Shown: positions 1-9,292 of the stretch, one piece after another | How positions within the stretch are numbered: position 1 is the first letter of the stretch | Layout: each line of letters starts with the position of its first letter | NCBI GenBank assembly: GCA_965222075.1 | Contig: OZ244937.1 | Coordinates: forward strand, 1,184,001-1,248,000 | Length of the DNA: 64,000 bases | Direction of reading: 5' to 3' | Source: Candidatus Latescibacterota bacterium | GTDB lineage: Bacteria; Latescibacterota; UBA2968; GCA-2709665 | The notes under the pieces: model-generated | Told to the model about the DNA's origin: nothing | Databases searched by the model: none | What the model saw: the letters and a program-made list of their open reading frames with translations, nothing else | Translations under genes and position numbers: made by a program

Positions 1-4
1 CCTG

Positions 5-619
5 GTGAAGGTGATGCTGAGCGCGGAGCACCTGCTGAACCTGATCAACGACGTGCTGGACCTGTCCAAGATTGAGGCGGGGAGGCTGGAGGTCAAGCCG
101 GAGCCGTTCGACGTGAAGCGCACGGTTGTCAACGCCTGTGCCACGGTAGGCCCCATGGTCAAGGACGGCGTGACGATGGACTACGAGGTTGCCGACCATA
201 TCGGAGAGGCGTACACGGATGAGTCGCGCCTGCGGCAGATCCTGATCAACCTGTTGAGCAACGCCGTCAAGTTTACGGACGCGGGCCAGGTGAGGGTGCG
301 CGCTTCACAGGACGGTGCGCCTGCCTGCGCGGCGCACCGCGCTGCAGGCAGGCCGGACGGGAATGCGTCGTTGGTGATCTCGGTGTCGGACACGGGGACC
401 GGCATCCCGGCGGATCAGCTCGAGGCGATCTTCCAGGAGTTCCGACAGGTGGATGGGTCCATCACGCGGAAGCACCATGGCACCGGGTTGGGACTGACTA
501 TTACGAAGCGGCTGGCGGAGCTGCTGGGCGGGACGATCCGTGTGGAGAGTGAGGTTGGTAGAGGGTCCACGTTTACGGTAAAGGTGCCGGTGGCGTACAG
601 GGGGAAGGAGGAAGGATAA
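5..619 (+). CDS. Sensor histidine kinase, C-terminal part (HisKA end + HATPase_c); 5' truncated by window edge
   Basis: LLNLINDVLDLSKIEAG, N box (QILINLLSNAVKFT), G1 (DTGTGI), F and G2 (GTGLGL) boxes. Contains a 33-nt palindrome insertion. Confidence 0.93.
   Translation: MKVMLSAEHLLNLINDVLDLSKIEAGRLEVKPEPFDVKRTVVNACATVGPMVKDGVTMDYEVADHIGEAYTDESRLRQILINLLSNAVKFTDAGQVRVRASQDGAPACAAHRAAGRPDGNASLVISVSDTGTGIPADQLEAIFQEFRQVDGSITRKHHGTGLGLTITKRLAELLGGTIRVESEVGRGSTFTVKVPVAYRGKEEG
320..352. repeat. CCTGCCTG-family palindromic element, copy 1 (33 nt, in frame in the kinase)
   Basis: CCTGCCTGC-GCGGCGCACCGCGCT-GCAGGCAGG. Removal restores QDGA|PDGN at a codon boundary. Confidence 0.85.
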
Positions 620-620
620 G

Positions 621-1805
621 ATGAGGAAAATGCAAAATATAAGTTGGCCATATCGTTTTCTTGCGCTGCTTCTGGCAGGCGCTCTGAGCGCCGGGTGTGG
701 GAAGGTTCCCACGGATCCGGACGATGCTCAGGATGGCGCACCGGGGGGCCTTGCTTCCGATCCCCTCAAGGTCAGCACGCTTGCCTCGGGCCTGGATACC
801 CCCTGGGACCTGGTCTGGGGTCCGGACAACCAGATCTGGGTGACCGAACGCAGGGGCACCATCTCCCGCGTGGATACTTCCCTGGGTCGAATCACCCGGG
901 TCGGCCAGATTGACATTGTCGAACAAAGCGAGAGCGGGCTGATGGGCATGGCCTTCCACCCCGACTTTGACACCCTGCCTTTCGTCTATCTCGCACACTC
1001 CTACAGGAGTGGAAGCGGCATCCAAAACCGGCTGGTCCGGATGCGCTACGACGGCACCCGGCTTGGCAATCCGGAGGTCCTTTTAGACAATATCTCCGGT
1101 GCCCCCAACCACGATGGGTCCCGTTTGGCCATCGGTCCGGACCGCCTGCTTTACATGACCACGGGAGACGCGCAAAACCAGGCCTTACCGCAAGATTTGA
1201 CCTCTTTGGCAGGCAAGGTCCTGCGCTTTACCTTAGAGGGCCTGCCTGCGCCGGAAAACCCCTTTGGCACGGCCGTCTACTCCTTTGGCCACCGCAATGC
1301 GCAGGGGCTGGTGTTCCACCCTGTGACAGGGATGCTTTACAGCACCGAGCACGGTCCTCGTGACAACGATGAGGTCAACCGGATCGAGATGGGTCGGAAC
1401 TACGGCTGGCCCAACGTCCGGGGTTTTTGCGACAACGATGTGCTGCCCGGCGAGCAGGCCTTCTGCCAGACCAACAATGTGGTTGAACCGCTGAGGGTCT
1501 GGACGCCCACCATCGCTCCTGCAGGCGCGGATATCTACAACGCAAACCTCATCCCGGGCTGGAAGGGGAGCCTCCTGTTCACCACCCTGAAGGGCGCTGC
1601 GCTCATCCGTCTGACCCTTTCTGCCGACGGCGGCCGGGTCGTGGACCAGGAGACCTTCTTCCAGGACCGGTTCGGCCGTCTCCGCGACGTGCTGGTCGGC
1701 CCCCGTGGAGAGGTCTACTTGGCCACCAGCAACCGGGACGGCCGCGGTAATCCGGCACCGGGGGACGACCGGATTCTCCTGGTTCTGCCTGTCAGGCAGG
1801 GATAA
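621..1805 (+). CDS. PQQ-dependent sugar dehydrogenase (glucose/sorbosone dehydrogenase, YliI-like), predicted lipoprotein
   Basis: Lipobox LSAGC; motifs GLDTPW, GLMGMAFHPDF, HDGSRL, SFGHRNAQGL, EHGP, NYGWP, GRLRDV. Confidence 0.9.
   Translation: MRKMQNISWPYRFLALLLAGALSAGCGKVPTDPDDAQDGAPGGLASDPLKVSTLASGLDTPWDLVWGPDNQIWVTERRGTISRVDTSLGRITRVGQIDIVEQSESGLMGMAFHPDFDTLPFVYLAHSYRSGSGIQNRLVRMRYDGTRLGNPEVLLDNISGAPNHDGSRLAIGPDRLLYMTTGDAQNQALPQDLTSLAGKVLRFTLEGLPAPENPFGTAVYSFGHRNAQGLVFHPVTGMLYSTEHGPRDNDEVNRIEMGRNYGWPNVRGFCDNDVLPGEQAFCQTNNVVEPLRVWTPTIAPAGADIYNANLIPGWKGSLLFTTLKGAALIRLTLSADGGRVVDQETFFQDRFGRLRDVLVGPRGEVYLATSNRDGRGNPAPGDDRILLVLPVRQG
1785..1800. repeat. Possible minimal or degenerate CCTGCCTG-family palindrome at gene 3' end
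   Basis: CTGCCTG-T-CAGGCAG(G) encodes the terminal LPVRQG; no inner hairpin. Confidence 0.4.
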
Positions 1806-1900
1806 GGACCCTCTTGACGAGGTTGGGAGGGTTTACGGTAACAGAGGGGCTGAAATTGCAAACAAATCGCAAATTGAGGTCAACTTGAAGGGTATGTCCT

Positions 1901-3583
1901 ATGGCTGAAAAAAGGCAGAAGATCCTGATCGTGGACGACGAGCCGGACATCCTGGATTCGCTGCGGTTCGCGCTGGAACTGGACTACGACGTGCTGACGG
2001 CATCCGGGGGAGAAGAGGGGCTGGGGCTGCTGAAAGAGCACGAGGTGGCGGTGATCCTTTCGGACCAGCGGATGCCGAAGATGACCGGGGTCGAGTTTCT
2101 GGAGAGGGCGCAGGCGATTTCGCCGGACAGCGTCCGGATGATGCTGACCGGGTTTGCGGACTTCAACGCGATTGTGGAGGCGGTTAATACGGGCCAGATC
2201 TACCGGTATATCTCCAAGCCCTGGGAACCGCGAGACCTGGAGGTGGATGTGCGCCGGGCCGTGGAAGCCTATGAGATGCAGGTCGCCCTGAATCGGCGCA
2301 TGCAAGAGCTGAACACGCTGTGCGAGATAGGCGCCACGATTACGTCTGTGCTGGACTTGGAGCAGGTGATCCAGAAGATCTTAGACGGGGTGGTGGAGGC
2401 GCTCGGGTTCGACCGGTCGTTTCTGATGCTGGCCGACGAAGAGGCCGGGGTGCTGCGCTGCCGGGGGAGCGCCGGGATAAGTGGAGACGCTTTGGCATAT
2501 GTTTCGCAATTGGAGTACGGGTTGGACCGGGGGGATGTGGCGGTGGTGCTGGCGGTGCGGGAGAACCGGCCGATCCTGGTGAAGGATGTGGAGGACCCGC
2601 CCGTGGCGCTGGACCGGGAGGCGGTGCGCCGGATCGGCATCCGGTCTTTTGTGACCGCTCCGCTGCGCGCCGGGGAGCGTCGGATCGGGGCGCTGGTGGC
2701 CGATCGCAGCGGAGGTTCGGAGCGGGTGACGGAGCACGACCGGCTACTGCTTGAGGGGGTCGCCGACCAAGCGGCGATTGCGATCGAAAACGCCCGGCTC
2801 TACGGTGAGGCCTTGGAAAAGCAGCGCTTAGAGGAGGAGGAAGCCGCGGCCGCACGGATTCAGCAGGTCCTTTTGCCGGCAAAGATCCCGCAGATCGAAG
2901 GGTTCGAGGTGACCGGCACAAGCCGGCCCAGCCGGGGGGTGAGTGGAGACTATTACGACGTGCTCGAAGACGGATCGGGCAGGTTCTGGGTGGCGCTGGG
3001 GGACGTATCCGGCAAGGGAATGCAGGCCGGGCTGACGATGGCTACGCTACGCACGCTGTTTCGGACGGAACTGGAGCGGGAGCAGCCGCTGTCGGAGATG
3101 ATGCGCCGGATCGGCGAGGGGCTCTGGATCAGCACAGCGCCGGAGGTGTTCGCGACGCTCTGCTTCGGCGTTCTGGAACCGGCGGCAGTGAGGACCTTCA
3201 CCTATGTTAACGCCGGACACCCGTTCCCCGTGCTGGCGCGGGCGGGCGGGGGGATCACCGAGGTGAACAGGGCCGGACTGCCGGTGGGGATGGATCCGGC
3301 GCTGGCCGTCGGACTGGGCTATGAGGAGCAGCGGGTGGAATTGGGACCAGGCGATGTGCTTGTGATCTACAGCGATGGGGTGACCGAGGCGGGGGCGTCT
3401 GGGGAGGATATGTTCGGAGAGGCGCGCTTGGAGGCGGTGGTGGCCGAACACCGGGCGGGCGGCGTGGCGGCGGTGCAGGAGGCGATCTGCGAGGCGGTGG
3501 ACGAATTCGTAGGCGATGCGCCGGTGGATGATGATTTGACGCTGGTGGTGATTGGGGCAATTGAAGAAAGGAAAGGCCCGTGA
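1901..3583 (+). CDS. Receiver-GAF-PP2C (SpoIIE/RsbU-like) serine phosphatase
   Basis: Receiver (ILIVDDE, SDQRMP, KPW), GAF (AAIAIENARLY), PP2C motifs VSGDYYD, LGDVSGKG, YSDGVTEA, DDLT. Confidence 0.92.
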   Translation: MAEKRQKILIVDDEPDILDSLRFALELDYDVLTASGGEEGLGLLKEHEVAVILSDQRMPKMTGVEFLERAQAISPDSVRMMLTGFADFNAIVEAVNTGQIYRYISKPWEPRDLEVDVRRAVEAYEMQVALNRRMQELNTLCEIGATITSVLDLEQVIQKILDGVVEALGFDRSFLMLADEEAGVLRCRGSAGISGDALAYVSQLEYGLDRGDVAVVLAVRENRPILVKDVEDPPVALDREAVRRIGIRSFVTAPLRAGERRIGALVADRSGGSERVTEHDRLLLEGVADQAAIAIENARLYGEALEKQRLEEEEAAAARIQQVLLPAKIPQIEGFEVTGTSRPSRGVSGDYYDVLEDGSGRFWVALGDVSGKGMQAGLTMATLRTLFRTELEREQPLSEMMRRIGEGLWISTAPEVFATLCFGVLEPAAVRTFTYVNAGHPFPVLARAGGGITEVNRAGLPVGMDPALAVGLGYEEQRVELGPGDVLVIYSDGVTEAGASGEDMFGEARLEAVVAEHRAGGVAAVQEAICEAVDEFVGDAPVDDDLTLVVIGAIEERKGP

Positions 3584-5007
3584 AAAAGCGCCGAATCCTG
3601 GTCGTAGACGACGAACCCGATATCCTGGATGCCCTGCGGCTGACGCTTGAGGCCGATTATGAGGTGTTGACGGCGTCCAGTGGTCGGGAGGGTCTGGAGG
3701 TGCTCCGGGGGGAGGACGTGGCGGTGATGGTTGTGGACCAGCGGATGCCGGAGATGACCGGGACGGCGTTCCTGGAGCAGGCCGTGGCGCTGGCGCCGAA
3801 GGCGATTGGAATTATGCTTACCGGGTACACGGATATGGACGCCCTGGTTGCGGCGGTGAACGCGGGACAGATCTACCGCTATATTGCCAAGCCCTGGGAG
3901 GCGGAAGAGCTGAAGATGGACGTGCGGCGGGGCGTGGAGCGCCACGAGATGGCGGCCGAGCTGGACCGGCGCTACGAGGAGATCCTCCGGTTGAACCGGG
4001 CGTTGGAGGAAGCGAGGCAGAAGCTGGAACAGGAGAACGTGCAGCTCCGGCACGCCGTCCAGGAGCGGTATCGGTTTGAAGGACTGATCGGGCAGAGCCC
4101 GGCGATGGAGCGGGTCTACGATCTGGTGGAGAAGGTGCTTCACGCCGATACGTTTGTGATGCTTACCGGTGAGACGGGCACGGGCAAGGAGATGCTGGCG
4201 CGGTGCATCCATTTCAACGGCGCACGCAAGGAAGGCCCGTTTGTAACGCAGAACTGCGGGGCACTGCCTCCGGAACTCCTGGAGAGCGAGCTGTTCGGAC
4301 ACAAGAAGGGGGCGTTTACCGGGGCGGTGGAGGACCGGCCGGGGCTGTTTGAGACCGCGGACGGGGGCACGGTGTTCCTGGACGAGATCGGCGAGACCTC
4401 CCCGGCGATGCAGGTGCGGCTGCTGCGGGTGCTGCAGGACGGCGAGATCCGCCGGGTGGGGGAGTCCACGGACCGGAAGGTGGACGTGCGGGTGATTGCA
4501 GCGACCAACCGGGACCTGCGGGCCGAGGTGCGGGAAGGCCGGTTCCGGGAAGATCTCTACTTCCGGCTGAATGTGTTCCCGATCGAGGTTCCGCCCCTTC
4601 GCAACCGCACCGAGGACGTGCCCCCCCTGGCCGCCCATTTTTTAGGAACGTACGCGCCGGACCGTCAGGTCCGGGTCACCCCCGAGGCGATGGACCTGCT
4701 GTGCCGGTATGCCTGGCCGGGCAACGTGCGGGAGTTGGAGAACGAGGTACAGCGCTCCCTGCTGCTGGCCGGGGACACAGACCGGATCGGGCCGGAGTTG
4801 TTGTCGGAGGGGGTGCGCGGGAATGCCGCGCCGGGCGAGCTCCAGGCGGAAGGCACGCTGAAGGGGGAGGTGACGCGGATCGAGCGGGAGATGATCGCGG
4901 AGGCGCTGGCGCGGACCGGCGGCAACCGAACGCATGCGGCACGGGCGCTGGGGATCAGCCGGTGGGGACTGGTGCAGAAGATTGAGAAGTATGGGATCAA
5001 GGGGTGA
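3580..5007 (+). CDS. Sigma-54-dependent response regulator (NtrC family)
   Basis: Receiver, Walker [40 protein letters not shown]-terminal Fis-type HTH. Confidence 0.95.
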   Translation: MKKRRILVVDDEPDILDALRLTLEADYEVLTASSGREGLEVLRGEDVAVMVVDQRMPEMTGTAFLEQAVALAPKAIGIMLTGYTDMDALVAAVNAGQIYRYIAKPWEAEELKMDVRRGVERHEMAAELDRRYEEILRLNRALEEARQKLEQENVQLRHAVQERYRFEGLIGQSPAMERVYDLVEKVLHADTFVMLTGETGTGKEMLARCIHFNGARKEGPFVTQNCGALPPELLESELFGHKKGAFTGAVEDRPGLFETADGGTVFLDEIGETSPAMQVRLLRVLQDGEIRRVGESTDRKVDVRVIAATNRDLRAEVREGRFREDLYFRLNVFPIEVPPLRNRTEDVPPLAAHFLGTYAPDRQVRVTPEAMDLLCRYAWPGNVRELENEVQRSLLLAGDTDRIGPELLSEGVRGNAAPGELQAEGTLKGEVTRIEREMIAEALARTGGNRTHAARALGISRWGLVQKIEKYGIKG

Positions 5008-5142
5008 GGTCATTGGAAATCCCCCAGCCTTTGAGATGCCGTCTGACAGATTGTTTGTTCGCGGTGGGGAAGCCGGTAAGGAATGGAGAAATGAAGAGAA
5101 AGGGTGAGGGCGTAGAAAATTTCTAATTGAAAGGCAGAAGCG

Positions 5143-6285
5143 ATGAGCACACCATACGGTCTCTTGCTCAAAGGCGGCCATGTGATTGATCCCAAAAACA
5201 ATGTGGACGGGCCGGCGGATCTGGCGATTCGGGATGGGAAGGTCGCCGCGGTGGATCAGGACCTTGCGGGAGACGCAGACAAGATCCTGGACGTTTCCGG
5301 GCTTTATGTGACGCCGGGGCTGATCGATATCCACGTACACGTGTACGGCGGGTACCGGGGCTGGATGTTTCCGGACCAGCATGCTTTTCCAAACGGCGTC
5401 ACCACGGTGGTGGATACCGGGGGGGCCGGGTGGAAGGATTTCGAGGATTTTAAGGCGACGATTATCGATCCCTCCGCCACCCGCGTGCTGGCATTTGTCA
5501 ATATCGTCGGGGTGGGGATGATCGGGCCTCCGGAACAGGATATGCGTGAGATGGCGCCGGAGCCGTGCGCGGAGATGATCCGGCGCTACCCGGACTGCGT
5601 CGTGGGGTCCAAGTCCGCGCATTTCCAGGGGCCGGGATGGGAGGCCGCCGGGGGGGCGATCGAGGCTGCGCGGATGAGCGAGACGATCGCGATGATCGAC
5701 TTTGCGCCGAAGCCGACGCGCTCCTACGAGGAGCTCTTGGGGCGGATGAGTCCCGGGGATATTCATACACATCTGTATTCCAGTCATATTCCGCTGCTGG
5801 ATGAGGAGAAGAAGGTCAACGGTTATGTGTGGGAGGCGCGGGAGCGGGGGATTATCTTCGATACAGGGCATGGGGCCGGCAGCTTCTGGTTCCGGATTGC
5901 CGAACCGGCCATCCAGCAGGGCTTTCCGCCTGATACGATCAGCACGGATATCCACAAATCCAGCCGGCTGATCCCCAATGCGACCATGCTGACGACGATG
6001 TCGAAGTTCCTGGCCCTGGACATGTCGCTGATGGAGGTGGTTTACCGGTCCACACAGGTGCCCGCCCAGGTGATCCGCCGGCCTGAACTGGGCCACCTGA
6101 GCGTGGGCGCGGAGGCGGATGTGGCGGTGTTGGAACTGATTGAGGGCGACTTCGGGTTTGTGGACTCCGGCTGCAACAGCAAGCGGGGTACACAGAAATT
6201 AGAGTGTCAGCTGACCCTGCGGGCGGGTGAGATCGTGTGGGATTTGAACGGGCGGAGTTTTCCGGATTATTCGCTGGGATTGTAA
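5143..6285 (+). CDS. Amidohydrolase/deacetylase-family metallohydrolase (dihydroorotase-like)
   Basis: PGLIDIHVH, GVTTVVDTG, PGDIHTH, DTGHGAGSF, ISTDIH. Confidence 0.85.
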   Translation: MSTPYGLLLKGGHVIDPKNNVDGPADLAIRDGKVAAVDQDLAGDADKILDVSGLYVTPGLIDIHVHVYGGYRGWMFPDQHAFPNGVTTVVDTGGAGWKDFEDFKATIIDPSATRVLAFVNIVGVGMIGPPEQDMREMAPEPCAEMIRRYPDCVVGSKSAHFQGPGWEAAGGAIEAARMSETIAMIDFAPKPTRSYEELLGRMSPGDIHTHLYSSHIPLLDEEKKVNGYVWEARERGIIFDTGHGAGSFWFRIAEPAIQQGFPPDTISTDIHKSSRLIPNATMLTTMSKFLALDMSLMEVVYRSTQVPAQVIRRPELGHLSVGAEADVAVLELIEGDFGFVDSGCNSKRGTQKLECQLTLRAGEIVWDLNGRSFPDYSLGL

Positions 6286-6410
6286 TGTTCACCAGGGTAG
6301 GGAGACGATGCTGTGAGCCGGAGCCGTGCGCTGGCCAATCGTCCGGGGTGGGGTAGACGCAGAGGAAGACCAAAATCACGACTATCTCTCGTATTGCAGG
6401 AGGAGGGTTT

Positions 6411-7520
6411 ATGGACACGTCGTCGCTGAGTTTTCCGACTTATGAATCGATTGGGGTGCGGCCGTTGATTAATTGCAAGGGGACGTTTACGATTATCAGC
6501 GGGTCGTTGATGCTGCCGGAGGCGGTGCAGGCGATGTGCGAAGCGTCGAAGGCTTACGTGCATTTAGATGAGTTGATGGACAGGGTCGGAGAGCGCATTG
6601 CGGAGTTGATGCGGGTGGAGTGGGGGATTGTGACCAACGGCTGCGCTGCGGCGCTGTGCCAGATTACGGCCGCGTGCGTGGCGGGCACGGATCTGGAGAA
6701 GATGCGACGCCTGCCGGATACGGCGGGGATGAAATACGAGGTGATCGCGCAGCCGTCTCACCGGCACATATACGATCACGCGATCCGGATGGTGGGCGTG
6801 CGGATGGTGGAGGTGGAGACTGTGGAAGCGCTGGAGGCGGCGATCGGCGAGCAGACGGCGATGATTGCGGTGTTCGGCGATGCGGGGGACCGGGGCACGA
6901 TTTCGGTGGAGGAGATGGCCCGCATCGGGCACAAGTGGGGGGTTCCGACCTTTGTGGATGCAGCGGCGGAGCGTCCGGATGTGCCCAACCGGTACATTGC
7001 CGAAGGGGCGGATGCGGTGGCCTACAGCGGGGGGAAGTGCCTGCGCGGGCCCCAGGCATCGGGGCTGGTGCTGGGCCGGAAGGACCTGCTGCAGGCAGCG
7101 TTTATGAACGGGGCGCCACACCACGCGCTGGCCCGGCCGATGAAGGCGGGCAAGGAGGAGATTATGGGCCTCCTGGCCGCGGTGGAACAGTGGGTGGTGC
7201 GGGACCACGAAGCGGAGTGGAAGGAGTGGGAGCGGCGCTTGAGGGTGATTTCGGATGCGATATCAGGCATCCCGTCGGTCACAACGGAGGTGGAGCAGCC
7301 CGGACGGTCCAACGTGGCGCCGGTGCTGGCCTTCCGGTGGGACCCGGAGACGGTCCGGATGAGCCCGGAGGAGGTCCGGACGCAGCTTTCCGAGGGTGAT
7401 CCGCGGATCGAGATGCCCACGAACAAGGGCGGGCTTTCCGTGATGCCGTATATGATGGAGGCAGGTGAAGAGGTCGTTGTGGCGGGGCGGTTGAAGGAGG
7501 TGCTGGAAGGGGCGGTTTGA
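6411..7520 (+). CDS. SelA-like/DgaE-family PLP-dependent enzyme
   Basis: INCKGTFT, VDAAAE, YSGGKCLRGPQASG (PLP lysine), RPMKAGKEE; adjacent to the amidohydrolase, a common pairing for this family. Confidence 0.8.
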   Translation: MDTSSLSFPTYESIGVRPLINCKGTFTIISGSLMLPEAVQAMCEASKAYVHLDELMDRVGERIAELMRVEWGIVTNGCAAALCQITAACVAGTDLEKMRRLPDTAGMKYEVIAQPSHRHIYDHAIRMVGVRMVEVETVEALEAAIGEQTAMIAVFGDAGDRGTISVEEMARIGHKWGVPTFVDAAAERPDVPNRYIAEGADAVAYSGGKCLRGPQASGLVLGRKDLLQAAFMNGAPHHALARPMKAGKEEIMGLLAAVEQWVVRDHEAEWKEWERRLRVISDAISGIPSVTTEVEQPGRSNVAPVLAFRWDPETVRMSPEEVRTQLSEGDPRIEMPTNKGGLSVMPYMMEAGEEVVVAGRLKEVLEGAV

Positions 7521-7585
7521 TCACAGGGAAAGGTCTTCTACAGGGCCAAAGTTCATCACTTTCTGTTTTTCGCCGGGGGGCGGCC

Positions 7586-7948
7586 ATGAAGAAGATTTTG
7601 ATTATCGAAGACATCGAGTGGAACCGGGATCTGCTGACGCAGATCTTAGAGGAGGACTACGGGGTGGTGGAGGCAGAGGACGGGAAGCAGGGGCTGGAGG
7701 TGGCGCGGGGAGAGCAGCCGGACCTGATTCTGATGGATATTTCCCTGCCGGAGATCAACGGGTGGGAGCTGGCGCCGATGATCCGGCGGACGGAAGGGCT
7801 TCAGGAGGTGCCGATTATTGCGGTGACGGCGCACGCGATGGCCGGAGACGAGGAGCGGTCCAAAGAGGTGGGCTGCAACGACTACGTGGCCAAGCCGATC
7901 GACGAGGATGAACTCTTAGAGAAGGTCGAGAAGTTGATTGGAAAGTGA
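7586..7948 (+). CDS. Single-domain response regulator (DivK/CheY-like)
   Basis: MKKILIIED, PDLILMDISLP, AVTAHAM, KP. Start moved to ATG 7586 within ORF 7517-7948. Confidence 0.9.
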   Translation: MKKILIIEDIEWNRDLLTQILEEDYGVVEAEDGKQGLEVARGEQPDLILMDISLPEINGWELAPMIRRTEGLQEVPIIAVTAHAMAGDEERSKEVGCNDYVAKPIDEDELLEKVEKLIGK

Positions 7949-7995
7949 AAAGCGATGGACGACGGACGGTGGAGGCGAAAGAAGAGGGCGATACA

Positions 7996-9210
7996 ATGAC
8001 AGAGGATAGGCCGACCATTCTTATTGTAGACGACGAGCCGTTCAACCTGGATCTATTGGAACAGGAGCTGATTGATGACTACGCGTTGGTGAAGGCGGAG
8101 GACGGCGAAGGGGCGCTTCAGCAGGCCGAGGCGTGCGATCCGGACCTGATTCTGTTAGACGTGCGGATGCCGGGGATGAGCGGGTTGGAGGTGGTGCAGC
8201 ACCTTCGTGAGTCGGAACGGTATGTGACCACACCGGTGATTATGCTTACGGCGCAGTCCGGCCTGGACGCGCAGGTGGAGGGGCTGGATGCAGGTGCGGA
8301 CGATTATATTACCAAGCCGTTCGAGCCGGAGAACCTGCACGCGCGCATCCGCAGCGCGCTGCGCATCGGGCGGCTTCAGAAGGAACTGGCGCGGGAGCGC
8401 AACGATTTGAAGCAGGCTCTGGAAGAACTGCGGGCGGCGGAGGTGCAGCTTGTGCATTCGGAGAAGATGGCCGGGTTGGGCAAGCTTGTGGCGGGGGTGG
8501 CGCACGAGCTAAACAACCCGATCGGGTTCATCTACGCGAATATGGACCACTTCCGGCGCTACGTGGGGGAACTGCAGGCGGTCTTCGACGTGGGGTCGCT
8601 GCCTGCGGAGTCGGCCGAGCGGGCGGGCCGGGCGTTTGAGGTGCTCGGACGGCTGGTTGAGAGCTGTTCCAACGGGGCGGACCGGGTCAAGAAGATCGTG
8701 CAGGGGCTGCGGACGTTCTCCCGCCTGGACGAGGCCGAGCGCAAGGTGGTGGACGTCCACGAGGGGATCGACAGCACCTTAGCGCTATTGGAACACCACC
8801 TGAAGGATCGCATTGAGGTGCACCAGGACTACGGCGACCTGCCCCAGGTGGAGTGCTACGCGGGGCAGCTCAATCAGGTCTTCATGAATCTGTTGATAAA
8901 TGCGTCGGATGCGATTGGGGAAGAAGGAGATATCTGGATTACAACTGCGGTGGAGGGCGATGTTGTACGGGTCTCGATCCGGGACTCAGGGGCGGGGATT
9001 GATCCGGAGCATCTGAAGCAGGTTTTCGATCCGTTTTTCACGACGAAGGATGTGGGCAAAGGCACCGGTCTGGGACTGTCGATCAGCTACGGGGTCGTGG
9101 AGAAGCACGGGGGGAAGATCGAGGTGGAGGGCGGGGTGGGAGAGGGGGCGACGTTTACGGTGGTGGTGCCGGTGCGGATGGAGGACGGCGAGGAAGAGGT
9201 GGGGGGGTGA
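7996..9210 (+). CDS. Hybrid response regulator-histidine kinase
   Basis: Receiver, then SEKMAGLGKLVAGVAHELNNP H-box, NQVFMNLLINA, FDPFFTTK, GTGLGL. Likely start ATG 7996. Confidence 0.92.
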   Translation: MTEDRPTILIVDDEPFNLDLLEQELIDDYALVKAEDGEGALQQAEACDPDLILLDVRMPGMSGLEVVQHLRESERYVTTPVIMLTAQSGLDAQVEGLDAGADDYITKPFEPENLHARIRSALRIGRLQKELARERNDLKQALEELRAAEVQLVHSEKMAGLGKLVAGVAHELNNPIGFIYANMDHFRRYVGELQAVFDVGSLPAESAERAGRAFEVLGRLVESCSNGADRVKKIVQGLRTFSRLDEAERKVVDVHEGIDSTLALLEHHLKDRIEVHQDYGDLPQVECYAGQLNQVFMNLLINASDAIGEEGDIWITTAVEGDVVRVSIRDSGAGIDPEHLKQVFDPFFTTKDVGKGTGLGLSISYGVVEKHGGKIEVEGGVGEGATFTVVVPVRMEDGEEEVGG

Positions 9211-9292
9211 GAAAAAAGAGGTGGCATGTCGGTGGTTTATGAATATATTATCTTAGTGAATCCCCCTGTGTTCCCTTTTTGGAGTGCGGAAA

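Noticed and set aside
1241-1253. CCTGCCTGCGCCG as another hairpin copy
   Set aside because: No downstream CAGGCAGG arm; it encodes the normal GLPAPENPF segment.
6411-7520. True selenocysteine synthase selA near the Sec-FDH
   Set aside because: At 369 aa it is shorter than canonical SelA, it is paired with an amidohydrolase as SelA-like/DgaE proteins are, and no selB or selC is nearby.
9222-9238. Sigma-54 promoter upstream of the FDH operon
   Set aside because: TGGCA at -24 is present but the -12 position reads TGGT instead of TTGC.
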